A DNA stretch of 64,000 nt, taken from Bdellovibrio sp. Its GTDB lineage: Bacteria > Bdellovibrionota > Bdellovibrionia > Bdellovibrionales > Bdellovibrionaceae. The stretch covers positions 25,151-89,150 of the forward strand of contig JANYDD010000061.1 of assembly GCA_025359945.1 (NCBI GenBank). Direction: 5' to 3'. The first letter of the stretch is position 1. The number at the start of each line of letters is the position of its first letter. The notes under the pieces are model-generated. The model was not told where the DNA came from. It ran no database searches and saw only the letters and a program-made list of their open reading frames with translations. The translations under genes and the position numbers were made by a program. This document shows positions 1-8,557 of this stretch, piece after piece.

Positions 1-462
1 ATCCCAAAGGTCCAAGCAGAGCGCCACAACATAACTGAAGTAGTGCGGCAAAATATTAAAATCGTTTCCGCGTTATTTTTAGATGCGAAAATTGAATTTG
101 AGTTGACCGAAAAGTTAGAGCACTTTGTAAAAATCGATACCACTCTGTTTCGCCAGGTCATCACAAACATCGTGAAAAACGCGGTTGAGGCAAATCCAAA
201 TCAAAAAATTGTCATAAAATTTAAACTTTTCGATTTGGAAAGTGTAGTCCAGCTGAAGATTCATAACGACGGTACACCCATTCCCATTGGACTCATAGGG
301 CGAATTTTTGATCCGTATTTTTCGGAAAAAAAGGGCAAAGATAACATGGGCCTCGGGCTTACGATCGTTAGAAAAATTATAATAGAGCACGAGGGTGAAA
401 TCGAATACGCCTTGGATCAAGGTCTGCCCGGTTTCGTGATTACTTTAAGAAAGGTTAATTAA
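1..462 (+). CDS. Sensor histidine kinase, C-terminal HATPase fragment (5' end lies outside the window)
   Basis: Frame 1 is open from base 1. The translation shows an N-box-like VKNAVEAN, a G1-like HNDGTPI, an F-box FDPYF and a G2 GLGLTIV. Confidence 0.8.
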   Translation: MPKVQAERHNITEVVRQNIKIVSALFLDAKIEFELTEKLEHFVKIDTTLFRQVITNIVKNAVEANPNQKIVIKFKLFDLESVVQLKIHNDGTPIPIGLIGRIFDPYFSEKKGKDNMGLGLTIVRKIIIEHEGEIEYALDQGLPGFVITLRKVN

Positions 463-1851
463 GTGCAAAATGAGATTTATAAATCGCAATTGAATCCTAC
501 CGTTTTAGTTTTAGACGATGAAAAAAATATTCGGAAATCGATCGAGATCGCATTATCGCAGGAAAACATTCACGTTCTTTTAGCTCATGACCCAGCAGCT
601 GCGCTACGAATTTTAGCTGAACGTATCGTAGACTTAATGATTGTAGACATTCGCCTTGGCGAGATTGATGGCTTGGCTTTTTACAAGAAGGTGCTTCGCG
701 ATGGATTTAATGTTCCCATTATTTTTATCTCGGGTCATGGAAGCTTAACTGAGGCAGCACAAGCGGTCCAAATGGGAGCCTATGATTTTGTCGAAAAGCC
801 ATTCAGTGCCGAAAAGATAACCACTACGGTTAAACGCTGCTTAGAGTTTCACCAGCTTACGGAAAAAGTTCGGAGTCTCAGTCAAATCGGCAATGGGGAA
901 AAGATCATCGGTGAGACCCAAACAGTAAAACGAATTATCTTAGACGCTGAACGGGTCGCAAAGACAAATGCAAATGTTTTAATTGCTGGAGAAAGCGGCA
1001 CCGGGAAAGAATTGATCGCAAATTTGATCTACTCCCAGAGCGATCGGGCGGGCGGGCCCTTTGTCAAAGTTAATTGTTCGGCGATCCCGGAGAATTTGGT
1101 TGAGAGTGAACTATTTGGGTTCGAAAAGGGGGCATTCACTGGCGCAGTCTTGGCGAAAAAAGGCTTTTTTGAAATCGCAAACAGAGGCATTATTTTTTTA
1201 GACGAAGTCGCTGATCTTTCGTTACAAGCGCAAGCAAAATTGTTGCGTGTTCTTCAGAGCGGTGAAGTCCAAAAAGTGGGTTCCGAAAAAGTAATAAAGG
1301 TTGATGTTCGAGTCTTGTCTGGCACGCACAAAGATTTAAAATTAGAAGTCGCACATGGAAGATTTCGCGAGGATTTATTTTATCGCCTAAACGTTGTGCC
1401 CCTCAAAGTGCCAAGTCTTCGTGATCGGCCCGAGGACATTCCGCTTTTGATCAAATATTTTTCAAAAGTTCTTTCAGTAAAAAATAATCTTAAAGAAAAA
1501 TCTTTTGATGATGACGTTGTCGTGGAGCTTAAACGTTATCGCTGGCCAGGCAATATTCGCGAATTGCAGAATGTGCTTGAGAGAATGATTATCCTCAGCG
1601 GAGCAAAAATTGGAATTCTGGATCTTCCAGAAGAAATCATGGCTACTTCTGATGAGTCCGGAAATGAGAATCAAGTGACAGCATTAAAAGACTTTCGAAA
1701 CCGCGCCGAACGAGAATTTATTATCAATACGATGAAACGAAATCTAGGGAACATCAGCCAGAGCGCTTTGGAGTTGGGAGTTGGCCGTACTTATCTTCAC
1801 AAAAGGCTCAATGTTTTAAACATCGAAAAAAAAGATTTTCTGGTGGATTGA
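463..1851 (+). CDS. Sigma-54-dependent response regulator (NtrC/FlgR/FleR class)
   Basis: GTG start abuts the kinase stop. It has a receiver domain (LVLDDE...VDIRLGEIDG), an AAA+ domain with Walker A GESGTGKE and the GAFTGA loop (EKGAFTGA), and a C-terminal Fis-type HTH (LGVGRTYLHKRL). Confidence 0.9.
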   Translation: MQNEIYKSQLNPTVLVLDDEKNIRKSIEIALSQENIHVLLAHDPAAALRILAERIVDLMIVDIRLGEIDGLAFYKKVLRDGFNVPIIFISGHGSLTEAAQAVQMGAYDFVEKPFSAEKITTTVKRCLEFHQLTEKVRSLSQIGNGEKIIGETQTVKRIILDAERVAKTNANVLIAGESGTGKELIANLIYSQSDRAGGPFVKVNCSAIPENLVESELFGFEKGAFTGAVLAKKGFFEIANRGIIFLDEVADLSLQAQAKLLRVLQSGEVQKVGSEKVIKVDVRVLSGTHKDLKLEVAHGRFREDLFYRLNVVPLKVPSLRDRPEDIPLLIKYFSKVLSVKNNLKEKSFDDDVVVELKRYRWPGNIRELQNVLERMIILSGAKIGILDLPEEIMATSDESGNENQVTALKDFRNRAEREFIINTMKRNLGNISQSALELGVGRTYLHKRLNVLNIEKKDFLVD

Positions 1852-1865
1852 TCGGATCGTTAAAA

Positions 1866-2072
1866 TTAATTAAAGATCATATCATTTGGAAATTCTTTTT
1901 GAATCAATCGCGCAGCTTCTGGATACTGGTTTTGAGATTTAAATGTCAAAAGAGCAATGCACGCACGGGCAATAGGCTGCTCCCGAAGTAGATCACGAAC
2001 TGGACTGATTTGGTCCAGCATCAATTGAGAAACCGTCAAATGAATTGGGTTGGGCGCGCGAATGCTATCCAC
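1866..2072 (-). CDS. Small hypothetical protein (68 aa, GTG start)
   Basis: ORF only. I recognised no motif, and an in-frame stop lies about 11 codons upstream of the start. Confidence 0.2.
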   Translation of the reverse strand: MDSIRAPNPIHLTVSQLMLDQISPVRDLLREQPIARACIALLTFKSQNQYPEAARLIQKEFPNDMIFN

Positions 2073-2361
2073 CGCAGTTTTGAGCCAGAGATTTCTGGCG
2101 ATCTGTTATTGCACTTCTCTTTGAGCGTGCAGCTGATAGCGATTCGCAGGTATCCGGGGTAGGCGAATTTTCAAGTTTCGAATTTTTTTTAACCACTCGT
2201 CGTTTTTGGCACAGCGACAACCTTTAAAACTTGGTCTGGTTTTTGAAACTGCTTAGTTACGTCGAGGGGATGGCGTGGAGATTTTCAGGTGGACTTTATA
2301 ATCGTCCGCCCGTCGCCGTCCTGATCCGCTTTTCGGATTTTTACATGAAGGAGTCCTTAGA

Positions 2362-3618
2362 ATGAATTTTCAGAAAATAAATTTGGTCGCGGTTTTTGCG
2401 TTCGCCCTTGCTACCTCTTCTTGTTTGGAATTTAAGCACAAAGAAAAAGCGCAACAACCTGCCGCTCTTGAGCTTTTGCAATCCACTCCGTCACCGGAGC
2501 AAGGGCCTGAAAGCGTGCCACTGCCTGTGGATGATTCTGCGGAATGGGCGTTTGCGGTGGAGCCTTTGCCTGCGCCGCAAGACTATCAAGCGATCGTCCG
2601 TTGGCCGCCGCGATTGTTAAAGACAATGGTTGTCGAGTCCCCGGGGCCAGCGCCCACACCGGCTTTGCAAGAGAAAACTTTGCTTGAGGTGCAGCGGGGA
2701 TCACAGCAATTTCAGTTTCAGGATGAACTTGGTCAAACTTATTTTCGGGTCGAAAATGCAATATCTTTCAGGCGAAAGATGCAAGCGGGATCGCAGAAGT
2801 TTTTTTCTGTCTTTGATATTTCTGATCCCAAATCTGTGTCTTTGCTACGATCCGAAAAAATTGCGGCGCCAATGGATTTTGTCTTATCAGATAAAATTGA
2901 ATTGCATCAGAACACCGAGTGGAAGTTTAACCGTGTTTTTCTTGGGGCTGCGTCGGAAATTAAAACCAATGGATTTCAGTTGGCGATCAAGAGCGATTAT
3001 TTTCAATCCGACAACGCAATGATTGAATCATTCAAGTGGACAGAGCGCGCGCCACCCGCACAAAGTGGGCGATCGGGCGGCATCGTTTTTATACAAGCCC
3101 GAAAAGCCATGGGCGCTTTAACTTTTAATCTCCACGGTGAATTTGGCGGCCATGGTCGCGACGGCGAACCGTTCGCTCAGCGTGCGGCTCAGGGGCCGCC
3201 TGGATCTGGATCGCAACAAGAGTGCATTGAATTCGCGGCTAGTCGCCGCTGCTCGTGTGTTGCCAACGGCGGCAACGGAGGTCGCGGCGCACAGGGTTTA
3301 GCTGGGCGTCCAGCCGTTCGTGGTGGCGATGGTGGAGCCACCGGCCAAGTCATTTTAATTATCGAAGATCACGAAGGGATTTTTGCTAGAGATAATTCCA
3401 CACCTGGCGAGGGCGGATATTCCGGCAAAGGCGGACTAGGACAACAAGGCGGGCAGGGTGGTTTGCCCGGCAGTGGGCATGGAGATTGCCGGTGGGGAAA
3501 TGCCGGTCAAGACGGGGACACTGGCCCGCGCGGGGCAGATGCTTCGACCGCGCTTAACGGACTGAAAAAAGAATGGTGCTTCCAGGGGGTCAATCAAATC
3601 ACTTGCCCCGTCTACTGA
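2362..3618 (+). CDS. Secreted/lipoprotein-like protein with a Gly-rich, collagen-like C-terminal half
   Basis: Signal peptide ending LATSSC (lipobox-like). The C-terminal part has runs such as GGNGGRGAQGLAGRPAVRGGDGGATG, GEGGYSGKGGLGQQGGQGGLPGSGHG and GNAGQDGDTGPRGAD (G-X-Y triplets). The DNA is visibly more G+C-rich than its flanks. Confidence 0.6.
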   Translation: MNFQKINLVAVFAFALATSSCLEFKHKEKAQQPAALELLQSTPSPEQGPESVPLPVDDSAEWAFAVEPLPAPQDYQAIVRWPPRLLKTMVVESPGPAPTPALQEKTLLEVQRGSQQFQFQDELGQTYFRVENAISFRRKMQAGSQKFFSVFDISDPKSVSLLRSEKIAAPMDFVLSDKIELHQNTEWKFNRVFLGAASEIKTNGFQLAIKSDYFQSDNAMIESFKWTERAPPAQSGRSGGIVFIQARKAMGALTFNLHGEFGGHGRDGEPFAQRAAQGPPGSGSQQECIEFAASRRCSCVANGGNGGRGAQGLAGRPAVRGGDGGATGQVILIIEDHEGIFARDNSTPGEGGYSGKGGLGQQGGQGGLPGSGHGDCRWGNAGQDGDTGPRGADASTALNGLKKEWCFQGVNQITCPVY

Positions 3619-3883
3619 AACGGTTTTTTGACATCCGCACCGTCAAAATAATGGTTAAAAATTATTTTTCCGACTAATGCAGATTTTTGAAAAGGAACTG
3701 TTACTTCGGCAGATTTTTTTAAAAAGGTCTAGCCATAGGGGCCGAATAGGAGCCGCAACTTAAGCCATTTTAAATTAAATCGCACAAGGGATAGTGATCA
3801 GCATAAAACTTCCTATCCGATAGTCCAATTCTAGTTAGCCCAAGGTCGGGCTGGCCCAGCGAAGTCCACCCGCGGAAAAAAGC

Positions 3884-3899
3884 AGGCACGGGTGTTGCT
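3884..3899 (+). promoter_or_regulatory. Sigma-54 (-24/-12) promoter upstream of flgF
   Basis: aGGCACGggtgTTGCt matches TGGCACG-N4-TTGCW at every position except the first T. It ends 30 nt before the flgF ATG, with a G-rich RBS in between. Confidence 0.6.
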
Positions 3900-3928
3900 C
3901 TTCCTCTGTTTGAACGGGGGCGATTTCT

Positions 3929-4756
3929 ATGAGTTCGACCAAAGGCGTGTTTACTGCTTTGTCCGGAGCGATGGCTCAATCCACAAAATTAGAAACGATC
4001 GCCAATAATATTGCCAACGTGAATACGCCATCGTTCAAACGAGATCAGCAACTCTTTAAAGAATATTTAACGGCCAATGAAAAACCACCCTCGGTCATTC
4101 AAGTTCCAAAAATTCCAGGAAGCATTGAAAGCTTTTACGATATGCAAGGCGGCGACAAAAGTTTTGTCGATACCAATGGAACCTACACAGATTTTTCTCA
4201 AGGCGGATTAAAGTCCTCAGGAAATCCGCTGGATGTCGCCATCGACGGAAAAGGATTCTTCGAGGTCGCAACTCCTCAAGGCGTTCGCTTAACCCGCCAC
4301 GGGTCTTTCACGCTAGATGGTAACGGTCAAATGGTCACCCACGAAGGGCTACCAGTATTGTTGCAGGGAACGGGCGCTGGCGACGAATCAGAGGTGTCGT
4401 CGCGGGTGATCCGCACTCAAAGTTTGAATGGAATTTCCATCGCTGAAAACGGCGATGTTCGTGATGGGGATGCTTTGCTAGGACGGCTTTCGGTGGTCGA
4501 CGTCGATCAGCTAGATGGCTTACAAAAAGTGGGAAATTCGCTCTATCAAAAAAAACCAAATTTTGTGATCAATCAATCGCAAGTGACAACGCCTAATCTG
4601 AAACAAGGATTTTTAGAAACCAGCAACGTCAATATTGTCCAAGAAATGACGGACATGATTACAACTTCTAGAAATTTTGAAACCGCGCAAAAAGCGATTC
4701 AAGCCTATGACTCGATGACTGAACGATTAGTTAACCAGGTTCCTAAAACTTCTTAA
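3929..4756 (+). CDS. flgF: Flagellar basal-body rod protein FlgF
   Basis: Rod-family N-terminus (IANNIANVNTPSFKR) and C-terminus (LETSNVNIVQEMTDMITTSRNFE). It sits immediately upstream of flgG. Confidence 0.85.
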   Translation: MSSTKGVFTALSGAMAQSTKLETIANNIANVNTPSFKRDQQLFKEYLTANEKPPSVIQVPKIPGSIESFYDMQGGDKSFVDTNGTYTDFSQGGLKSSGNPLDVAIDGKGFFEVATPQGVRLTRHGSFTLDGNGQMVTHEGLPVLLQGTGAGDESEVSSRVIRTQSLNGISIAENGDVRDGDALLGRLSVVDVDQLDGLQKVGNSLYQKKPNFVINQSQVTTPNLKQGFLETSNVNIVQEMTDMITTSRNFETAQKAIQAYDSMTERLVNQVPKTS

Positions 4757-4771
4757 AGGAAGATTTCGCTT

Positions 4772-5551
4772 ATGATTAAAAGTTTGAATACAGCCGCCAC
4801 CGGAATGCAAGCCCAGCAAAACAATATGGATGTTATCGCCAACAATTTGGCCAACGTTTCCACCGTGGGATTTAAAAAATCCAGAGCGGAATTTGAAGAT
4901 CTGCTTTACCAAACAAAAAAAGAACCTGGTCAAGCCACGGGTCTTAATTCAGTAACTCCTACCGGAGTCCAAACCGGGCTTGGAGTTCGCACCGCTGCCA
5001 TTCAAAAAAACTTTGATATTGGGTCTCCGGTGTTAACTAAAAACGTTCTGGACATCATGATCGAAGGCCCCGGATTTTTTCAAATCTTAACTCCCGACGG
5101 ACAAATCGCTTACACCCGCGACGGGCAGTTTAAAAAAAATGCCCAAGGCCAAGTCACTGATAAAAACGGAAATTTTCTGCAGCCCGCGATGACGATTCCT
5201 CCTGAAGCTTCGGGTTTAGATATTTTATCCAACGGCGAAGTGCGCATGTATATCGGAGATCAAGTTCAAAATGCCGGGCAGCTAGATATTGCAAATTTCG
5301 TGAATCCAGCTGGGTTAAAATCCATTGGCAAAAACTTGTACTTGCCCACTTCGGCCAGCGGCCAACCGGTTGTTGGTCGACCGGGTTTGCAAGGTATGGG
5401 CGGATTAGCCCAAGGACAAATCGAACAAAGCAACGTCAATATTGTAGATGAAATGGTGAATATGATCTCGGCGCAAAGAGCTTATGAAACGAATTCGAAA
5501 GCCATTCAAGCTGCGGATCAAATGCTTCAATCGGTGAACAACTTAAAATAG
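4772..5551 (+). CDS. flgG: Flagellar distal rod protein FlgG
   Basis: VIANNLANVSTVGFKK at the N-terminus and IEQSNVNIVDEMVNMISAQRAYETNSK at the C-terminus. The 259-aa length is typical. Confidence 0.92.
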   Translation: MIKSLNTAATGMQAQQNNMDVIANNLANVSTVGFKKSRAEFEDLLYQTKKEPGQATGLNSVTPTGVQTGLGVRTAAIQKNFDIGSPVLTKNVLDIMIEGPGFFQILTPDGQIAYTRDGQFKKNAQGQVTDKNGNFLQPAMTIPPEASGLDILSNGEVRMYIGDQVQNAGQLDIANFVNPAGLKSIGKNLYLPTSASGQPVVGRPGLQGMGGLAQGQIEQSNVNIVDEMVNMISAQRAYETNSKAIQAADQMLQSVNNLK

Positions 5552-5559
5552 GTGCTTAG

Positions 5560-6492
5560 ATGTTTCTTTTGATTTTTTTGGGAATTCTTCATGCGGCTGA
5601 TGTCACTTTCGTCAACGAAGTCACGACGGTTGCGCACGAAAATATTTTACTGATGGATTTGGCCAGCGTTTCAAATCTATCGCCTGCTCTTGAAGAAAAA
5701 GTTCTGAAAACGGTGATTTTTACCACCCAAGAAGCGTTAGAGACTTTAGAAATCAGCAACCTAGATTTGCTTAAAAAAGTAAAACCAGCAGTAGCGGCGC
5801 AAGCAACGGGGGCTTCGGAAATGGCCACAAATTGGGTTTATTTTTTACCCGGGAAAATTAGAATCAAACGGACGACTAGTCAAATTTCCGAATTGCGTTT
5901 GCAAAATTTGGTGAAGCTGGATCTCCAAAAAAAATGTCCCTCGTGTTTGATAAAAAGTGTGACGATCAAAAGACCCGAAATGGTTGGAACCTTAGTTTCT
6001 TGGAGTTTAGATTTTCAAAATATTCCCGTTCAAAAAAATTTCTTAGTCCCTCTAAAAATGGTGAAAGCGCCCAAAACCGAAGAGACCTTGTGGCTGAATA
6101 TTCAGGCCGGAATTTTTCAGGAAGGTTTTAAAACTACGGCCTTGGTTTCTCGTGACCAACGCCTTGGCGAAAAAGACGTGAAAAAAGAATCCATCGAAAT
6201 AGGAAATTTCAAAGATCGATTAGCCACATGGGAAGAGATTCAAACCTCGCGTATGAATAAATCGCTATCGGTGAACCAGCCGATTCTTTTGAGTGACCTT
6301 CAAAAGGATTTTTTCGTCAATCGCGGTCAAGTGGTCAAAATTATTTCAGGGTCTGATCAATTCGAGGTCAGCTCGCAGGCCACCGCCGAAGACGCCGGGT
6401 ATTTTGGCGATCTTATAAAACTAAAATCGTTGGATCAAAAACGAACACTTTCAGGAATTGTGATTGAAAAGGGATTGGTGAGAATCCAATGA
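5560..6492 (+). CDS. flgA: Flagellar P-ring assembly chaperone FlgA
   Basis: C-terminal FlgA-like segment (NRGQVVKIISG...AGYFGDLIKLKSLDQKRTLSGIV), an N-terminal signal-like segment, and a position between flgG and flgH. Confidence 0.7.
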   Translation: MFLLIFLGILHAADVTFVNEVTTVAHENILLMDLASVSNLSPALEEKVLKTVIFTTQEALETLEISNLDLLKKVKPAVAAQATGASEMATNWVYFLPGKIRIKRTTSQISELRLQNLVKLDLQKKCPSCLIKSVTIKRPEMVGTLVSWSLDFQNIPVQKNFLVPLKMVKAPKTEETLWLNIQAGIFQEGFKTTALVSRDQRLGEKDVKKESIEIGNFKDRLATWEEIQTSRMNKSLSVNQPILLSDLQKDFFVNRGQVVKIISGSDQFEVSSQATAEDAGYFGDLIKLKSLDQKRTLSGIVIEKGLVRIQ

Positions 6493-7250
6493 AACTTTTA
6501 TGCGGCTTTTTATTTTTAGCCCTTGCGGGATGTTCGATGTCTTCAGAAAAACCAACCAAGCCCGCACTTCTGATCGATGGTTCACCCGCAGTTAAATTTT
6601 CAGAATACCAACAAATGCCCGTAACACCGCAGCGATCGTTTAAGAGAATGACCAAACAAAAGCTTGAAGAAGAATCCGAAGTGCAAGCTCAGGCGGGATC
6701 TTTGTGGGTGATGGAAGGCCAAGGGTCTTATTTATTTTCCCAAAACAAAGCGCGCCGGGAGGGAGATTTGCTGAACGTTCGAATGGAAGGCGCGGCTCAG
6801 AAACAAGTTGAAACCAAAGTGTCCGTGATCAAAAAACTTCTTAAGCAACTCGAGGAAGAAGAAAAACTAAAACGTCAAAAAAGCGAAGAAGAGCTTAATA
6901 AAAAACCCGAAGACAAAGGGACTTTGGCGCAAACCGATGGTGCCGCTGCTGCTGCCAGAGCTCCTGCCTCGGAAACTGCGCCACCCGCCGTGCCCGGCGC
7001 CCCGGCTGAAAAAGAAGAGGCTCTCGATCTGCAAACGGTCCAAACAAAAATTACCGAAAAGCAAAGCGATGGCTTTTATCGCATCAAAGGTCAGCAACCT
7101 TTTATGATTGGAAAGCGCGAGTATAAAGTGATCGTCACCGGATTAATTCGGTCCGAAGATTTCAATGACGAAGGTGTCAGTTCGAACAAAGTTGTGGATG
7201 CTCAGTACGACGTCGTTAGCCTGCGACGTAAGAACAGCCAGGAGATGTAA
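6489..7250 (+). CDS. flgH: Flagellar L-ring lipoprotein FlgH
   Basis: Lipobox LALAGCS, plus L-ring family segments (GSLW...NKARREGDLLNVRM; YRIKGQQPFMIGKREYKVIVTGLIRSEDF). Confidence 0.85.
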   Translation: MKLLCGFLFLALAGCSMSSEKPTKPALLIDGSPAVKFSEYQQMPVTPQRSFKRMTKQKLEEESEVQAQAGSLWVMEGQGSYLFSQNKARREGDLLNVRMEGAAQKQVETKVSVIKKLLKQLEEEEKLKRQKSEEELNKKPEDKGTLAQTDGAAAAARAPASETAPPAVPGAPAEKEEALDLQTVQTKITEKQSDGFYRIKGQQPFMIGKREYKVIVTGLIRSEDFNDEGVSSNKVVDAQYDVVSLRRKNSQEM

Positions 7251-8254
7251 TGCATAAAAAACTTTATTCTCTGATCGCCGTATTTTTATTTTTAACCGCC
7301 ACTGCGGAAGGTGCTCGTCTCAAAGATATCGCCAGCATCCGGGGAGTTCGGGAAAATCAGTTAATCGGATACGGCTTAGTTGTTGGTCTTAAGGGCACGG
7401 GCGATGGAAAATCAGAGTTCACCAGCAAGTCGTTGGCCAGAATGATGGACAAGCTGGGTGTAAAATTAGACAGCCCCTCGATCGAAAGTAAAAACGTGGC
7501 CGCGGTGATTATCACGGCGCAGCTGCCAAGCTTTGCAAAATCCGGAAACCCATTAGATGTTTCAGTCAGTAGCGTGGGTGACGCGAGCTCTCTCGAGGGC
7601 GGAACTTTATTGCAGTCACCACTTCGTGCCGCCAACGAACAGGTCTACGCCGTTGCGCAAGGATCGATACTGTTAGGTTCTGGCGGAAAAGAGGTTTTCA
7701 CGACAGCCGGGCGAATTCCCAATGGCGCGATTATCGAAAAAGATGTCAGCAGTGATTTTTCAACGCGAAAACTTTTTCGACTGACTTTGCACAATCCCGA
7801 TTTCACCACCGCAGCCCGAGCCATCTTGACCATTAATAAAGAATTGGGCGGGCAGTATGCTTCGGCAAAAGATTCAGGGACTATTGATTTGATTGTACCC
7901 AATCAGTTCGAGGGCAAGGGCGTTGAGCTTCTAGCGACCATCGAATCGATCGAAATAAATCCCGATATGAAAGCCAAAGTTGTGGTGAACGAGCGTACCG
8001 GCACTGTGGTGGTGGGTGAAAAAGTGCGAATTTCGAAAGTGGCGATCTCGCACGGAAATTTATCCGTAAAAATCAAAGGCAAATCAGAAAAAGATTCAGT
8101 CGAAGAAAAAATCACTGTCCTGGACTCTGGAGTCAGCGTTGGGGATCTAGTTCAGGCTTTGAACAAGTTGGGAATCTCTCCGAAAGACCTGATAACCCTC
8201 CTTCAGTCCATAAAGGCAGCTGGAGCTTTGCACGGGGAACTAGAAATTTTATGA
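7250..8254 (+). CDS. flgI: Flagellar P-ring protein FlgI
   Basis: Signal peptide followed by the hallmark IRGVRENQLIGYGLVVGLKGTGD. The C-terminus is LITLLQSIKAAGALHGELEI. Confidence 0.92.
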   Translation: MHKKLYSLIAVFLFLTATAEGARLKDIASIRGVRENQLIGYGLVVGLKGTGDGKSEFTSKSLARMMDKLGVKLDSPSIESKNVAAVIITAQLPSFAKSGNPLDVSVSSVGDASSLEGGTLLQSPLRAANEQVYAVAQGSILLGSGGKEVFTTAGRIPNGAIIEKDVSSDFSTRKLFRLTLHNPDFTTAARAILTINKELGGQYASAKDSGTIDLIVPNQFEGKGVELLATIESIEINPDMKAKVVVNERTGTVVVGEKVRISKVAISHGNLSVKIKGKSEKDSVEEKITVLDSGVSVGDLVQALNKLGISPKDLITLLQSIKAAGALHGELEIL

Positions 8255-8557
8255 AATTTAATTATTGTTTTGGTTCGGAATTGCATACAATAAAGTTATC
8301 GGCACCAATGACAAGGATGTTGTTGGCGCTTGGGGAGGGTGAGTTAGAGATCGTAAACCAAGGACGGTTTGGATTGAACTCAAGTTTCTCGCAGGAAGCA
8401 GAAGCAAAAGGTCAGCACGACAAGCCAAGGATTGGCTTTATCAGGGCCCAAGCTTTAAAGAGTGTTAAGTGCAGGATGCACGCTAAGACTCTGGCTCAAC
8501 TCCCCGTTTTTTTTGGCCGTTTTTTTTGGCCGATTGGCGTTGGCCAAAAAATAAAAA

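Noticed and set aside
2207-2222. TGGCAC hexamer upstream of the Gly-rich lipoprotein gene, considered as a second sigma-54 promoter.
   Set aside because: The sequence reads TGGCACagcgaCAAC, so the -12 TTGC element is missing. It also lies ~140 bp from the start codon. This is not enough to call a promoter.
6825-7028. A Lys/Glu/Ala/Pro-rich low-complexity stretch inside FlgH, considered as a separate inserted element.
   Set aside because: It is in frame, has no flanking repeats, and lies in a region that is variable among FlgH proteins. I treated it as compositional variation.
8255-8557. A possible c-di-GMP (GEMM-I) riboswitch or other known riboswitch in the flgI-flgJ spacer.
   Set aside because: I looked for the conserved GEMM-I core (…CACGCACAGGGCAAACC…GGGACGCAAAGCC…). 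I found only a vague resemblance (CACGACAAGCCAAGG), and no tetraloop/receptor arrangement.
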